The position numbers and the translations under genes were made by a program. Source: an uncultured Chloroflexia bacterium (GTDB lineage: Bacteria > Chloroflexota > Anaerolineae > JAAYZQ01). From it: a stretch of 64,000 nucleotides of DNA. Positions 1-8,366 of the stretch are shown here, one piece after another; within the stretch, counting starts at the first letter, position 1, and every line of letters begins with the position of its first letter. The notes beneath the pieces are model-generated. The model saw only the letters and a program-made list of their open reading frames with translations. It was not told the DNA's origin and did not search any database. The stretch covers positions 2,048,001-2,112,000 of the forward strand of contig CAVOXA010000010.1 in the NCBI GenBank assembly GCA_963700285.1, in the 5' to 3' direction.

Positions 1-1241
1 CGGATCAGTTCGTGCATCTCCTGGCGGTCGGCTCCGGCCTTGACCAATTCCATCAACAGGCGCTCCGTGGCGGCAAACGTACCATAGAGCGCCAGGTTGC
101 GGGCCACCCCCTCTTCCCGGACAACCAGCCCCTGCAGGATACCGTGAGCGCGGAGCAGCAGCTCATCGCAGAGCAGGAACGCCTGGGGCAGGATCAGCCG
201 GCGGTTGCCCGAGTCGTCCAGGGTGCGCTCCAAAAGCGAATGCGCGGCATTGTCCCACGCCACCCGCGGCAGGGCCGCGACCAGCCGGGCCAGGCTGTCC
301 ATGTTCTCGGCGCGGACAGGATTCCGCTTGAAGGGCATGGCCGAAGAACCCACCTGGCGGCTGCCAAATGGCTCGTTCCATTCGCCAAAGGGTTGGGCTT
401 GCAGGATCCTCAGGTCGAAGGCGAACTTGTACAGCGAGCCAGCCAGTCCAGCCAGGGCGTTGAGCACCAGCCAGTCCTGCTTCCGGGGGTAGGTCTGCGT
501 GGCCACGGGAAAGGCTTCGATCCCCAACTTGGCCATGACCTTGGCTTCCAGTTCGCGGGCGCGTCCCATCTCTCCACTGTCAGGTGGTCGGAAAGAGCCA
601 GCCCGCCCCGCGGTGGGCGGTGATGCCAGGAGCTGCGTGTACGAGGCCGAGGTCCCGGTGGCGCCCCTGATGCCTTTGCCCCTTAGCCTGTCACGTGTGC
701 GCTGCAGTTCTTCCAGATCGGTGAGTAGATCAAAGCCGTATTGGGCCAGGCGGTAGCCCACCGTCGTTGGCTCGGCGGGTTGGAGGTGGGTGTAGCCCAT
801 GCAGGCCTGATCGGCCCGGGCCTCGATCTGCTCAGCCAGGCCGGCCAGCAGCGCGCGCAGCTTCTCCAAGATCAGATCCAGCCCCTCGCAGAGTCGCAGG
901 GCATCGGCATTGTCCTCGATATCCATGCTGGTGGCACCCAGGTGTATGATACCACCTCCCACCGGGCATTGCTCGGCAAAGGTTCTGACCTCGGCCATCA
1001 GGTCGTGCCGGGTCTCGGCCTCGATCTCGTGGGCGCGTTCGATGTCGATATCCTTGGCGTGGGCGCGCAGATCGGCTACCTGCTCGGGCGTCACCAAGCC
1101 ATAGTCCGCCTGGGCCTCGGCCAGGGCAACCCAGACGCGCCGGAACAGGCGCCGTTGGTGGGCCGTACTCCATATCCGGCGCATCTCATCGGAGCCGTAG
1201 CGCCAGGTCAGCGGCGACAGGTAGGTTTCGTGATCGTACAT
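1..1241 (-). CDS. purB: Adenylosuccinate lyase (3' end runs off the window)
   Basis: Not in the ORF track. Manual translation from the ATG at 1241 (GGAGG RBS upstream) gives MYDHETYLSPLTWRYGS...RHD...IHLGATSMD...GYTHLQPAEPTTVG...GSSAMPFKRNP, which includes the fumarase/ASL signature. Confidence 0.93.
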   Translation of the reverse strand, partial: MYDHETYLSPLTWRYGSDEMRRIWSTAHQRRLFRRVWVALAEAQADYGLVTPEQVADLRAHAKDIDIERAHEIEAETRHDLMAEVRTFAEQCPVGGGIIHLGATSMDIEDNADALRLCEGLDLILEKLRALLAGLAEQIEARADQACMGYTHLQPAEPTTVGYRLAQYGFDLLTDLEELQRTRDRLRGKGIRGATGTSASYTQLLASPPTAGRAGSFRPPDSGEMGRARELEAKVMAKLGIEAFPVATQTYPRKQDWLVLNALAGLAGSLYKFAFDLRILQAQPFGEWNEPFGSRQVGSSAMPFKRNPVRAENMDSLARLVAALPRVAWDNAAHSLLERTLDDSGNRRLILPQAFLLCDELLLRAHGILQGLVVREEGVARNLALYGTFAATERLLMELVKAGADRQEMHELI

Positions 1242-1416
1242 AGCGCCTCCTTTGGACGCGTAGCGTGGCATGGTCTGCGGTGCATTTTACTCTGCCTGCG
1301 CCAGGGTCATAATTCCCAAGAACCGATGGATCTGTCCAATAAAGACAGCCCCGAGTCCACGCCCATTCTACCCCTGATTCCCGCTCCGCGCAAGAAGAGC
1401 GGACCTTGGCTGATGT

Positions 1417-1516
1417 AGGTGCAACGCACCTCCTTGGCTGAACACCGCAGGGCCATCTTGGTGTGGTTTCTGTTGATGGTAGGGCATTCATCAGAGTGAC
1501 AAGGTGCGTTGCACCT
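1417..1516. repeat. REP-like inverted pair (15-bp perfect IR, each arm itself quasi-palindromic)
   Basis: AGGTGCAACGCACCT at 1417-1431 and its exact reverse complement AGGTGCGTTGCACCT at 1502-1516. Confidence 0.65.
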
Positions 1517-1539
1517 GAACAACCCGTGCACCGCTTCAT

Positions 1540-1569
1540 TTGACCAATGCTCTGGCTCTCAGGTATAAT
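1540..1569 (+). promoter_or_regulatory. Sigma70-type promoter
   Basis: TTGACC-N18-TATAAT upstream of the CDS at 1682. Confidence 0.6.
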
Positions 1570-1681
1570 CCATGGAGCCATGGGCATCCCCACCTGGCAC
1601 ACCCAGCCCGAAATCGGCAGGGCTGGCGCCCTACAGTTCCACAATCTCAAAGAGCCGATTGGGATCGATGGAGGAAAACAG

Positions 1682-2176
1682 ATGTCATCTAGAGAGTTCC
1701 GGGTGTCGCGCAAAGAGATGGAAGAGATCCTGCTCGAGGAGACGGTAGGCTACCTGGGTCTATCGGTGGCCGGGAAGCCGTACGTCGTGCCGCTGAACTA
1801 TGCCTATGTGGAGGGCAAAATCCTGTTCCACTGTGCCTTGACCGGCATGAAACTGGACCATCTGCAGGAGAACCCCCAGGTCTGCTTTACGGTGGGGCGC
1901 CAGTCTGGAGAGGTCCGCCGGCACGCGGAGGCGGATCCCTGCCACGTGGACAGTGACAGCGTGATCTGTTATGGCCGGGCGCGTTTGGTTGAGGACCTTG
2001 AGGAGCGCAAAGCAGTACTCGACGCCTTCAACCGTTTCTACCAGCCTGATGCAAAAGAGATCTCGCTGGAAGCAGCGATAAAGTGCGGGGCCGTCGAGAT
2101 CGAGATAGCCGAAATGACAGGCAGAAGGGAGCGGGAAAGAGAGCGCACCTACTGGCGGTACAGTTTCCAGTCCTAG
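1682..2176 (+). CDS. Pyridoxamine 5'-phosphate oxidase-like flavin-binding protein (NimA-like)
   Basis: GGAGG RBS; motifs PYVVPLNY, FHCALTGMKL, NPQVCFTV, SVICYG. Confidence 0.85.
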   Translation: MSSREFRVSRKEMEEILLEETVGYLGLSVAGKPYVVPLNYAYVEGKILFHCALTGMKLDHLQENPQVCFTVGRQSGEVRRHAEADPCHVDSDSVICYGRARLVEDLEERKAVLDAFNRFYQPDAKEISLEAAIKCGAVEIEIAEMTGRRERERERTYWRYSFQS

Positions 2177-2330
2177 TGCATGCTTGGACTGATGGTTTGA
2201 ATGCAAAGGTCGCGCTGGCCTAGAAGAGCCAGCGCTAGGCCAGAAACCATAAGACTATGACGAGCACCGCCTGTTTCACGGCGGTGCGGTCGAGTCACCA
2301 TGCCAACACTCAGCTTTGGATATGCACTAG
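2173..2330. mobile_element. MITE copy 1 (non-autonomous element)
   Basis: Begins CTAGTGCAT and ends ATGCACTAG (inverted ends); internal blocks shared with 3391-3504. Confidence 0.7.
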
Positions 2331-2375
2331 CCCATCGTCTTGCTCGCGGGATAACTGCCACACTCTGCCCGAGAC

Positions 2376-2404
2376 TTGACAGGCCTTGCAGGCTGTGGTA
2401 AAAC
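2376..2404 (+). promoter_or_regulatory. Sigma70 promoter for the riboswitch/small-ORF transcript
   Basis: TTGACA-N17-TAAAAC with an extended TG before the -10. Confidence 0.7.
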
Positions 2405-2426
2405 CCTGCTGCGATAATCGCATAGC

Positions 2427-2566
2427 TCAATCCGCCGAATGCATTGACAGCGGGGGACCCAAATCTGGGGCGAATTGGCCCTCGACAGCACCAACGCCGT
2501 CGAGGGCATAGGGCACGCTTCTTCAGCCCGAGCCCGTCAGCTAACCTCGCAGGCGTAGAAGAAGGT
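2427..2566 (+). ncRNA. Cyclic di-AMP riboswitch (ydaO/yuaA class)
   Basis: Conserved blocks AGCGGGGGACCCA, TGGGGCGAAT, TAGGGC and GCCCGAGCCCGTCAGCTAACCTCGCAGGCG, in the order of the ydaO consensus. Confidence 0.92.
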
Positions 2567-2596
2567 CATCTGGCTTTATCCCAGGTGCCCTTTTTT
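2563..2596 (+). terminator. Intrinsic terminator (riboswitch expression platform)
   Basis: GGTCATCTGG/CCAGGTGCCC imperfect stem followed by T6, directly after the aptamer. Confidence 0.7.
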
Positions 2597-2655
2597 CATG
2601 AGGCACCTCACCGGCCAGAGACCCGATGGCTACCCATTCTACGAGGAGGTGCAAG

Positions 2656-2808
2656 ATGCATAGCGGTGCGTACCTGGACGTAATCAAGCTGGAGCACGAA
2701 GTAAGAATCCGCCAGGCAGAAAAGGCCCGCATGTCAGCAAGCGTCAAGAGAACCCAGGCTTCGCCCTCGGTCCTCCGCCATTTGTTGATGTTCTTTGGCC
2801 GCTTCTAA
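2656..2808 (+). CDS. Small (50-aa) protein of unknown function downstream of the c-di-AMP riboswitch
   Basis: Strong RBS GAGGAGGT 5 nt before the ATG; MHSGAYLDVIKLEHEVRIRQAEKAR...LRHLLMFFGRF; followed by a terminator. Confidence 0.75.
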   Translation: MHSGAYLDVIKLEHEVRIRQAEKARMSASVKRTQASPSVLRHLLMFFGRF

Positions 2809-2883
2809 CGACAGTCACATCACGAGCGCAGTGCAGATGCGAACCTTGCTCGCACATGCGCTGCGATGCAGGCTCAGGCAACA

Positions 2884-2929
2884 GAAAACGGACCGGCATG
2901 GGCATCGAGGCCCATACCGGTCCGTTTTC
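2884..2929. terminator. Bidirectional terminator between convergent small ORFs
   Basis: GAAAACGGACCGGCATGGGC-loop-GCCCATACCGGTCCGTTTTC. Confidence 0.8.
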
Positions 2930-2961
2930 GATCTGTAGGCTGCCGGCAATGCCCGGATGCC

Positions 2962-3159
2962 CTACCCGGAAAGAGCCCGGACGGCAAGATAGCCGGCCAT
3001 CACCAGCAGCACGGCGCCAATCCCCGCACAGCCTCCCGCTGCAGAGTCACGGCCAAGACTTGCCAGACCGCCGATGCCCAGCATCATCAGTCCGCCGCCC
3101 GCCAAGATCGCGGCCAACAGCAGTACCAACACCTGCAAGATAGGTAGTGAGCCGTTCAT
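2962..3159 (-). CDS. Small two-TM membrane protein (65 aa)
   Basis: GAGGAGG RBS; two hydrophobic Gly-rich helices. Confidence 0.6.
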   Translation of the reverse strand: MNGSLPILQVLVLLLAAILAGGGLMMLGIGGLASLGRDSAAGGCAGIGAVLLVMAGYLAVRALSG

Positions 3160-3301
3160 CAATAGCCCTCCTCTCAGTAAAGCACTAGATCGGTGGCCGT
3201 GTGTCCCTACTCTATCACATGTCAAAGCCCCTTGCTCGATGGACAGCGTTCTGCGGGCATACGAACGCACTACGAAACGCTTATGTTAGCTTCTCCGGTC
3301 T

Positions 3302-3582
3302 CCTGTAGCCGTCTTGACACCAGGCAGGACATCCTTCGCTACATCGAGGTGTTTTACAACCGGGTGCGCTACCATTCAGCCTTGGGCTAGTAGTGCATGC
3401 TTGAGGCTGATGGTTTGAATGCCTGGAAGAGCCAGCGCTAGGCCAGAAAGGATTAGATAATGGTCGAGTCACCATGCCAACGCTCAGCCTTGGATACGCA
3501 CTAGGTGAATCCGGAACAGTTCGAGCAACCTCTGCATGTGTGTTCAAACAGGGCGTTCACCAAACGGGGCGAACGCTACAGG
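3302..3582 (+). pseudogene. IS3-family remnant (transposase C-terminus plus right end), interrupted by MITE copy 2
   Basis: DILRYIEVFYNRVRYHSALG*, resuming as VNPEQFEQ after the MITE, matches the IS3 'YNxxRxHSxLGyxSP' tail; short IR CCTGTAGC...GCTACAGG. Confidence 0.75.
3391..3504. mobile_element. MITE copy 2 (shorter)
   Basis: TAGTGCATGCTTG...GAAGAGCCAGCGCTAGGCCAGAAA...GGTCGAGTCACCATGCCAAC...GCACTAG, homologous to 2173-2330. Confidence 0.7.
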
Positions 3583-3825
3583 GGGGCACACGCCGGGACA
3601 CTGAGACACTGAGACAGTAACTTACTCGTCCATGCTGGTACGCGCTCTTCCCCAACCTATATCAGGGCCGCCGTTCATCTCACGCCTGTCCAACCTCCAG
3701 TTCGCCCGCCTCAACACCCCCAACTGGACGGAACCCGCGTCGTCTCACCGAAAGGGTCAAGCTTCTGTAGAACCTCTTCTGTGATTCTCTACCCAACCAC
3801 AGCCATCACCGCATCGCGGCCTGCG

Positions 3826-3854
3826 TTGTCAATTCTGCGGCTTTCTGGTATAAT
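3826..3854 (+). promoter_or_regulatory. Sigma70 promoter of the polysaccharide operon
   Basis: TTGTCA-N17-TATAAT with an extended TG. Confidence 0.65.
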
Positions 3855-3905
3855 TTAGACGCGGTTCCGCCCTGCGGGGGCCGACGCTCGCCAAGCAAGG
3901 ATCCT

Positions 3906-4991
3906 TTGAGAGTCGCAATCGTCCATGACTGGCTCAACCAGATGGGTGGGGCCGAGGGGGTATTGGAGGCGCTGGTGGACATGTTCCCCCAGGCGCCCGT
4001 CTATACGTCGATCTACTGGCGCGAGGCCATGCCCGAGTCGTACCGGGTGTGGGATGTCCGCACCACGTGGATGGACCGCTTGCCGGGCATCTATCGCCGC
4101 CACCAGCCCTACCTGTTGCTTTACCCGGTGGCTTTTGGCGGCCTGGATTTGCGCGGCTATGACCTCGTCCTCTCGAACAAGAGCGCCTTCTGCTTCGGCG
4201 TTCGAACGGCGCCCGACACGCGCCATATCTGTTACTGTCTGACCCCGACGCGCTTTGTGTGGAACTATGATGGCTATGTGGACCGGGAACAGGCGGGCGG
4301 GGCAGCACGACACATGGCGCGGCCTTTCCTGGGCCGGCTCCAGCGCTGGGAGCGGGCAGCAGCCGGCCGGGTGGATGCCTTTGTGGCCATTTCCGGCGAG
4401 GTTCAGGCACGGATCGGGCGCTTGTACAATCGCGACTCGGCCGTCATCTATCCGCCAGTGGACACGGGCAGGTTCAATCCTGCACAGGACCACGATGACT
4501 ATTTCCTCATCGTGTCCCGGCTGATTCCGTACAAACGCATTGATCTGGCTGTGCGGGCCTTTACCGAATTGGGATTGCCGCTCTGGATCGGCGGCAGTGG
4601 CCGCGACCGGGAGAGCCTGGAGGCGATTGCCGGTCCGAATGTTCGCTTCCTGGGTCGCGTGCCGGATAAAGAGTTAGCCCCTTTGCTCGCTCGCTGCCGG
4701 GCCTTTGTCTTTCCCGGGCTGGAGGACTTTGGCATCACGCCGGTAGAGGCCATGGCAGCAGGACGGCCGGTGATTGCCTACGCCGGGGGGGGCGCGCTGG
4801 ACACCGTGGTGGAGGGGGTCACCGGGACCTTTTTCCACGAGCAAATGCCCGAGTCCCTGGCCCAGGCCGTCCGTCGCTTTGACGAGTCGAGTTACGACCC
4901 GGCAGCTATCCGGGCGCACGCCGAGCAGTTTGACGTCAACAAGTTCAAGGCCCATCTGCAGGCGTTTATCGAGCAGAAAACGAGGATCTGA
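3906..4991 (+). CDS. GT4 family glycosyltransferase
   Basis: RVAIVHDWL..GGAE, SRLIPYKR and EDFGITPVEAMAAGRPV (EX7E) motifs. Confidence 0.93.
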   Translation: MRVAIVHDWLNQMGGAEGVLEALVDMFPQAPVYTSIYWREAMPESYRVWDVRTTWMDRLPGIYRRHQPYLLLYPVAFGGLDLRGYDLVLSNKSAFCFGVRTAPDTRHICYCLTPTRFVWNYDGYVDREQAGGAARHMARPFLGRLQRWERAAAGRVDAFVAISGEVQARIGRLYNRDSAVIYPPVDTGRFNPAQDHDDYFLIVSRLIPYKRIDLAVRAFTELGLPLWIGGSGRDRESLEAIAGPNVRFLGRVPDKELAPLLARCRAFVFPGLEDFGITPVEAMAAGRPVIAYAGGGALDTVVEGVTGTFFHEQMPESLAQAVRRFDESSYDPAAIRAHAEQFDVNKFKAHLQAFIEQKTRI

Positions 4992-5680
4992 TGGAACTAC
5001 GAGCGTACTGGCGCATCATCTGGCGGCGATGGTGGCTGATCGCTGCGTTGCTGGCCATTGTCCTTGTGGCCAGCCTGGTTACCTACCAGGAGCCCGCACC
5101 GGTGTACCAGGCGACGATGCGCTTTGCCATCGGCATTGAGGGCGATGAGCCGGTGAGCGCGGCCTCAGGTGATGGACGTTCTGATGCCTGGCTGGCCTCG
5201 GAGTACCTGGCCGACGATCTGAGCGAGGTACTCAAGGGTGGGGACTTTGCCGCCCGCATCAGCCAGGACATGGGCTTTGCCCTGCCGGCGGGTATCATCT
5301 TTGCCAGCAGGGAGCACCGTATCATGACGGTAAGTGTTACCTGGAGCGACCCGGACCAGCTCCAGGCCATTGCCGAATCCGTGGGAGCGGCCGTCGAGGA
5401 TGGCGGTTCGGACTATTTTCCCCAGTTGGCTGGGGTCGAGGCCAGGGCGGTGCTGATCGACGGCCCGGGCTTGGGTCAGGTGGGCCGCAGCCTCAAGAGT
5501 AAACTCGATCTCCCCATCCGCCTCTTCATCGCGCTGGTGGCGGGTGTGGCCCTGGCCTTCCTGTGGGACTATCTGGACGATACGGTCCGTGACCGCGCCG
5601 ACGCAGAGGCATTGGGCGCACCGATTCTGGGAGAGATCCCCCGGACAAAGCGTCGATGGGGCAAGACAAAGGGCACTTGA
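4991..5680 (+). CDS. Wzz/CpsC/CapA-type polysaccharide co-polymerase
   Basis: MELRAYWRIIWRRWWLI; two TM helices; C-terminal YLDDTVR...LGAPILGEIP. Confidence 0.88.
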   Translation: MELRAYWRIIWRRWWLIAALLAIVLVASLVTYQEPAPVYQATMRFAIGIEGDEPVSAASGDGRSDAWLASEYLADDLSEVLKGGDFAARISQDMGFALPAGIIFASREHRIMTVSVTWSDPDQLQAIAESVGAAVEDGGSDYFPQLAGVEARAVLIDGPGLGQVGRSLKSKLDLPIRLFIALVAGVALAFLWDYLDDTVRDRADAEALGAPILGEIPRTKRRWGKTKGT

Positions 5681-5770
5681 CGGTTGCACTCATCCGATTC
5701 CCTGGAATTTGGGTCTTGGGCCTTTCCATGATACAATATTCCGACCAAGATAGGCTATTTGGAGGCAAGT

Positions 5771-6553
5771 GTGGAGTTTCGTGAGTACTGGAATATCGCG
5801 CTCAAGCGCGGCTGGATCATTTTGCTGGTGGCCGTGGTGGCTGCTATTGCGGCGCTGGGTGTCAGCCTGTTGATGTCCGAGACCTACCAGGCCACCATCC
5901 AGCTCAGCATCAATCCTTCGCGGGCCGACTGGGGGCTGAACCAGGCTACCAAGGATCTGCTGCGCAACTATGTGCTCAACATCAGAAGCCACCGCATGAC
6001 ACAGGAGGCCATCGACCGCGCCCAACTCGACATGTCCACCTACGATTTTCTGGCCAACCTGGATGTGAGCGATGATGCCGCGAATCTAAGTCTGACCCTC
6101 CAAGCCGAGAGCCACGACCCGGAGGAAGCGCGGCTGATGGCTCAAACACTGGCCGATGTCTTTGTAGAAGAGCGGAGGCAGTGGAACAGCGAGCAGGACA
6201 AGCGCGACCGCATTTACGTGGAAAAGGTAGACGATATTCGCGACGTTCCGCTATCTTCGCCCAAGGTCAAGTTCAACATGGTAGCCGGTGCTGTATTCGG
6301 CGCAATCATCGGCGGCCTGATCGTCTTCTTTTTGGAGTGGCTACAATCGGACATCCTGCGTACTGCGGCAGATGTGGAAAAGGCCGTGGGTGTTGCTGTC
6401 CTGGGCGCCATCCCTGCCGGCAGTGAGTCCGGGTCCAGCAGCGATTCGAAATGGGGGCTACCAGCCTGGGTGGAGCCTGGACTCCTGCTGACTTTTCTGG
6501 TCGGTGCGGTGATCGGCGCCGGCATCGGTGCTTTGATCGTCGGCTTGCTGTGA
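5771..6553 (+). CDS. Second Wzz/CpsC/CapA-type co-polymerase, with an extra C-terminal TM helix
   Basis: GGAGG RBS before GTG; EFREYWNIALKRGWII, PLSSPK, VLGAIP; alternative start 5759. Confidence 0.85.
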   Translation: MEFREYWNIALKRGWIILLVAVVAAIAALGVSLLMSETYQATIQLSINPSRADWGLNQATKDLLRNYVLNIRSHRMTQEAIDRAQLDMSTYDFLANLDVSDDAANLSLTLQAESHDPEEARLMAQTLADVFVEERRQWNSEQDKRDRIYVEKVDDIRDVPLSSPKVKFNMVAGAVFGAIIGGLIVFFLEWLQSDILRTAADVEKAVGVAVLGAIPAGSESGSSSDSKWGLPAWVEPGLLLTFLVGAVIGAGIGALIVGLL

Positions 6554-6601
6554 ACAGCCGGTATCCAATCTCCAGGTTCGAATGAGCAGACAGGGCAACC
6601 C

Positions 6602-7267
6602 ATGACTGAAAAGCATACCGACCTAATCACGATTTCCGAACCTCGCTCGCCTATCAGCGAGGCATATCGCAACCTGCGGACAAACCTCGATTTTTCCAGC
6701 CTTGACCAGGCGCTCAAGACACTGGTTGTCACTTCAGCCGGGGTGGGCGAGGGCAAATCCACCACATTGGTGAACCTGGCCGTGGTGTCCGCCCAGGCCG
6801 GGCGCAAGGTGATCCTCGTCGGAGCAGATCTACGACGGCCCAAGCTGTTTCAGATCTTGGGTCTGAACAACGAATCAGGCCTGACAACGATGATGATGGA
6901 TGACGGGGCATTGGCTTCGCCGCCCCTGCAGGCCACAGGTGTTGAGGGGTTGTCGGTATTGACCAGCGGCCCGCTCCCGCCCAATCCTGCCGAACTGATG
7001 GGTTCCCGGCGGATGGAAGAGGTCATCGCCGTGTTGGCTGAACGAGCCGACCAGGTCTTTTTCGACACACCACCGGTAGTCGCTGTGACGGACGCGGCGG
7101 TTCTGGCCACCAAAGTAGATGGGGTATTGCTGGTCATCAGCGCCGGTACAACGCGCCGAGAAAGTGCGCGGTCGGCCGTGCAGCGCCTGGAGCAGATCAA
7201 TGCCCGCCTGGTGGGTACCGTGCTCACCAATGCACAAATGGGCGCTGGATTCAGGGGCTATTACTGA
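6602..7267 (+). CDS. CpsD/CapB-family bacterial tyrosine kinase
   Basis: SEAYRNLRTNL, Walker A GEGKST, Walker B FFDTPP, C-terminal GYY. Confidence 0.93.
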   Translation: MTEKHTDLITISEPRSPISEAYRNLRTNLDFSSLDQALKTLVVTSAGVGEGKSTTLVNLAVVSAQAGRKVILVGADLRRPKLFQILGLNNESGLTTMMMDDGALASPPLQATGVEGLSVLTSGPLPPNPAELMGSRRMEEVIAVLAERADQVFFDTPPVVAVTDAAVLATKVDGVLLVISAGTTRRESARSAVQRLEQINARLVGTVLTNAQMGAGFRGYY

Positions 7268-7292
7268 GCGGCGGCGATAACGACACCTGGCG

Positions 7293-7331
7293 AGGTCCGC
7301 TGCTCCTCCTTTTGGGCGGCGGGCCTTTTTT
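7293..7331 (+). terminator. Intrinsic terminator
   Basis: AGGTCCGCTGC...GCGGCGGGCCT stem followed by a T-run. Confidence 0.7.
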
Positions 7332-7432
7332 GACGGTAAGTGGCTGGCGGTTCATGGGTTCCAAGCATTGGAGTTACTTGTCATGCGCCCTGCGTCTGCG
7401 CGGTGGGCGCGCTCTCGGATAGTTGCGTAACA

Positions 7433-8206
7433 ATGTCACCCCGGGAGCGGGTTTATCGAACTGAAGCGATCGTTCTAAGGCGGACCGACTTTGGCGAGGC
7501 CGACCGCCTGCTGACTGTGTTCACACCGGAACGCGGCAAGCTGCGGCTGATCGCCAAAGGGGCCCGCAAGCCATCCAGCCGCAAGAGCGGGCACGTGGAA
7601 CTGTTCACCCGTGGCCAGTTTCTGGTCGCTGTCGGCCGCGAGCTAGATATTGTCACGCAGGCCGAGACGGTGGAGCCATTCTTGTTGCTGCGCGAGGATC
7701 TGTTGCGGACGACCTACGCCTACTATGTGGCCGACCTGGCCGACGCCTTTACCGCCGATCGGGACGAAAACCGGCTTCTCTACGATCTGTTTAACGATGC
7801 TTTTGGCTGGCTGTGTGTGGATGACGATCTGCCCCTGGTGGCCCGCTACTATGAACTCCATCTGCTGGGCCTGGCGGGCTATCAGCCCCAGCTCTTTGTC
7901 TGCGGCGGCTGCAAGGTACAATTGGAGCCGGAGGTCAATTACCTGAGTGCTGCTGATGGCAGTGTATTCTGCCCCAAGTGTGGCTACGATCAGGTGGCGG
8001 CATCGGCAATCTCGGTAAATGCCCTCAAGGTACTGCGCTTTCTTCAGACCCGTGACTGGGAGACCTGCCGGTACCTGCGACTGAGCCCGGCCAGTCATGC
8101 CGAGATAGAGCGCACGATGCACGACTACATCACCTATCACCTGGAGCGCAAGCTGAGGTCCGTGGAGTTCATCCAGCGATTAAGGCGGCAGATGGGAGTC
8201 GGCTGA
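7433..8206 (+). CDS. recO: DNA repair protein RecO
   Basis: TEAIVLRRTDFGEADRLLTVFT..GK..AKGARK; CxxC...CxxC zinc finger. Confidence 0.95.
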   Translation: MSPRERVYRTEAIVLRRTDFGEADRLLTVFTPERGKLRLIAKGARKPSSRKSGHVELFTRGQFLVAVGRELDIVTQAETVEPFLLLREDLLRTTYAYYVADLADAFTADRDENRLLYDLFNDAFGWLCVDDDLPLVARYYELHLLGLAGYQPQLFVCGGCKVQLEPEVNYLSAADGSVFCPKCGYDQVAASAISVNALKVLRFLQTRDWETCRYLRLSPASHAEIERTMHDYITYHLERKLRSVEFIQRLRRQMGVG

Positions 8207-8366
8207 GAATCGTTTCAGCGTCGACTCGGGTCGCACCGATACCCAGTGCTACCTGGCCAGGATTCAGGATCAGGAGGTGGAGCAGACGTGAGTTGCTATC
8301 GAATGCCACCTGGCTCGCCAGCCTGGAAACTCTACGCTGGCATGAACGAGAGAGAGGATTAGGGCT

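Noticed and set aside
12-1418. Plus-strand ORFs 12-623 and 741-1418
   Set aside because: Antisense shadows of purB, which the track missed because it runs off the window
3597-3616. GACACTGA tandem repeat (about 2.5 copies) next to the IS3 remnant
   Set aside because: Too short to interpret; probably slippage
8207-8366. Possible T-box leader before glyQS
   Set aside because: No GGTGGNACCGCG T-box motif or terminator found
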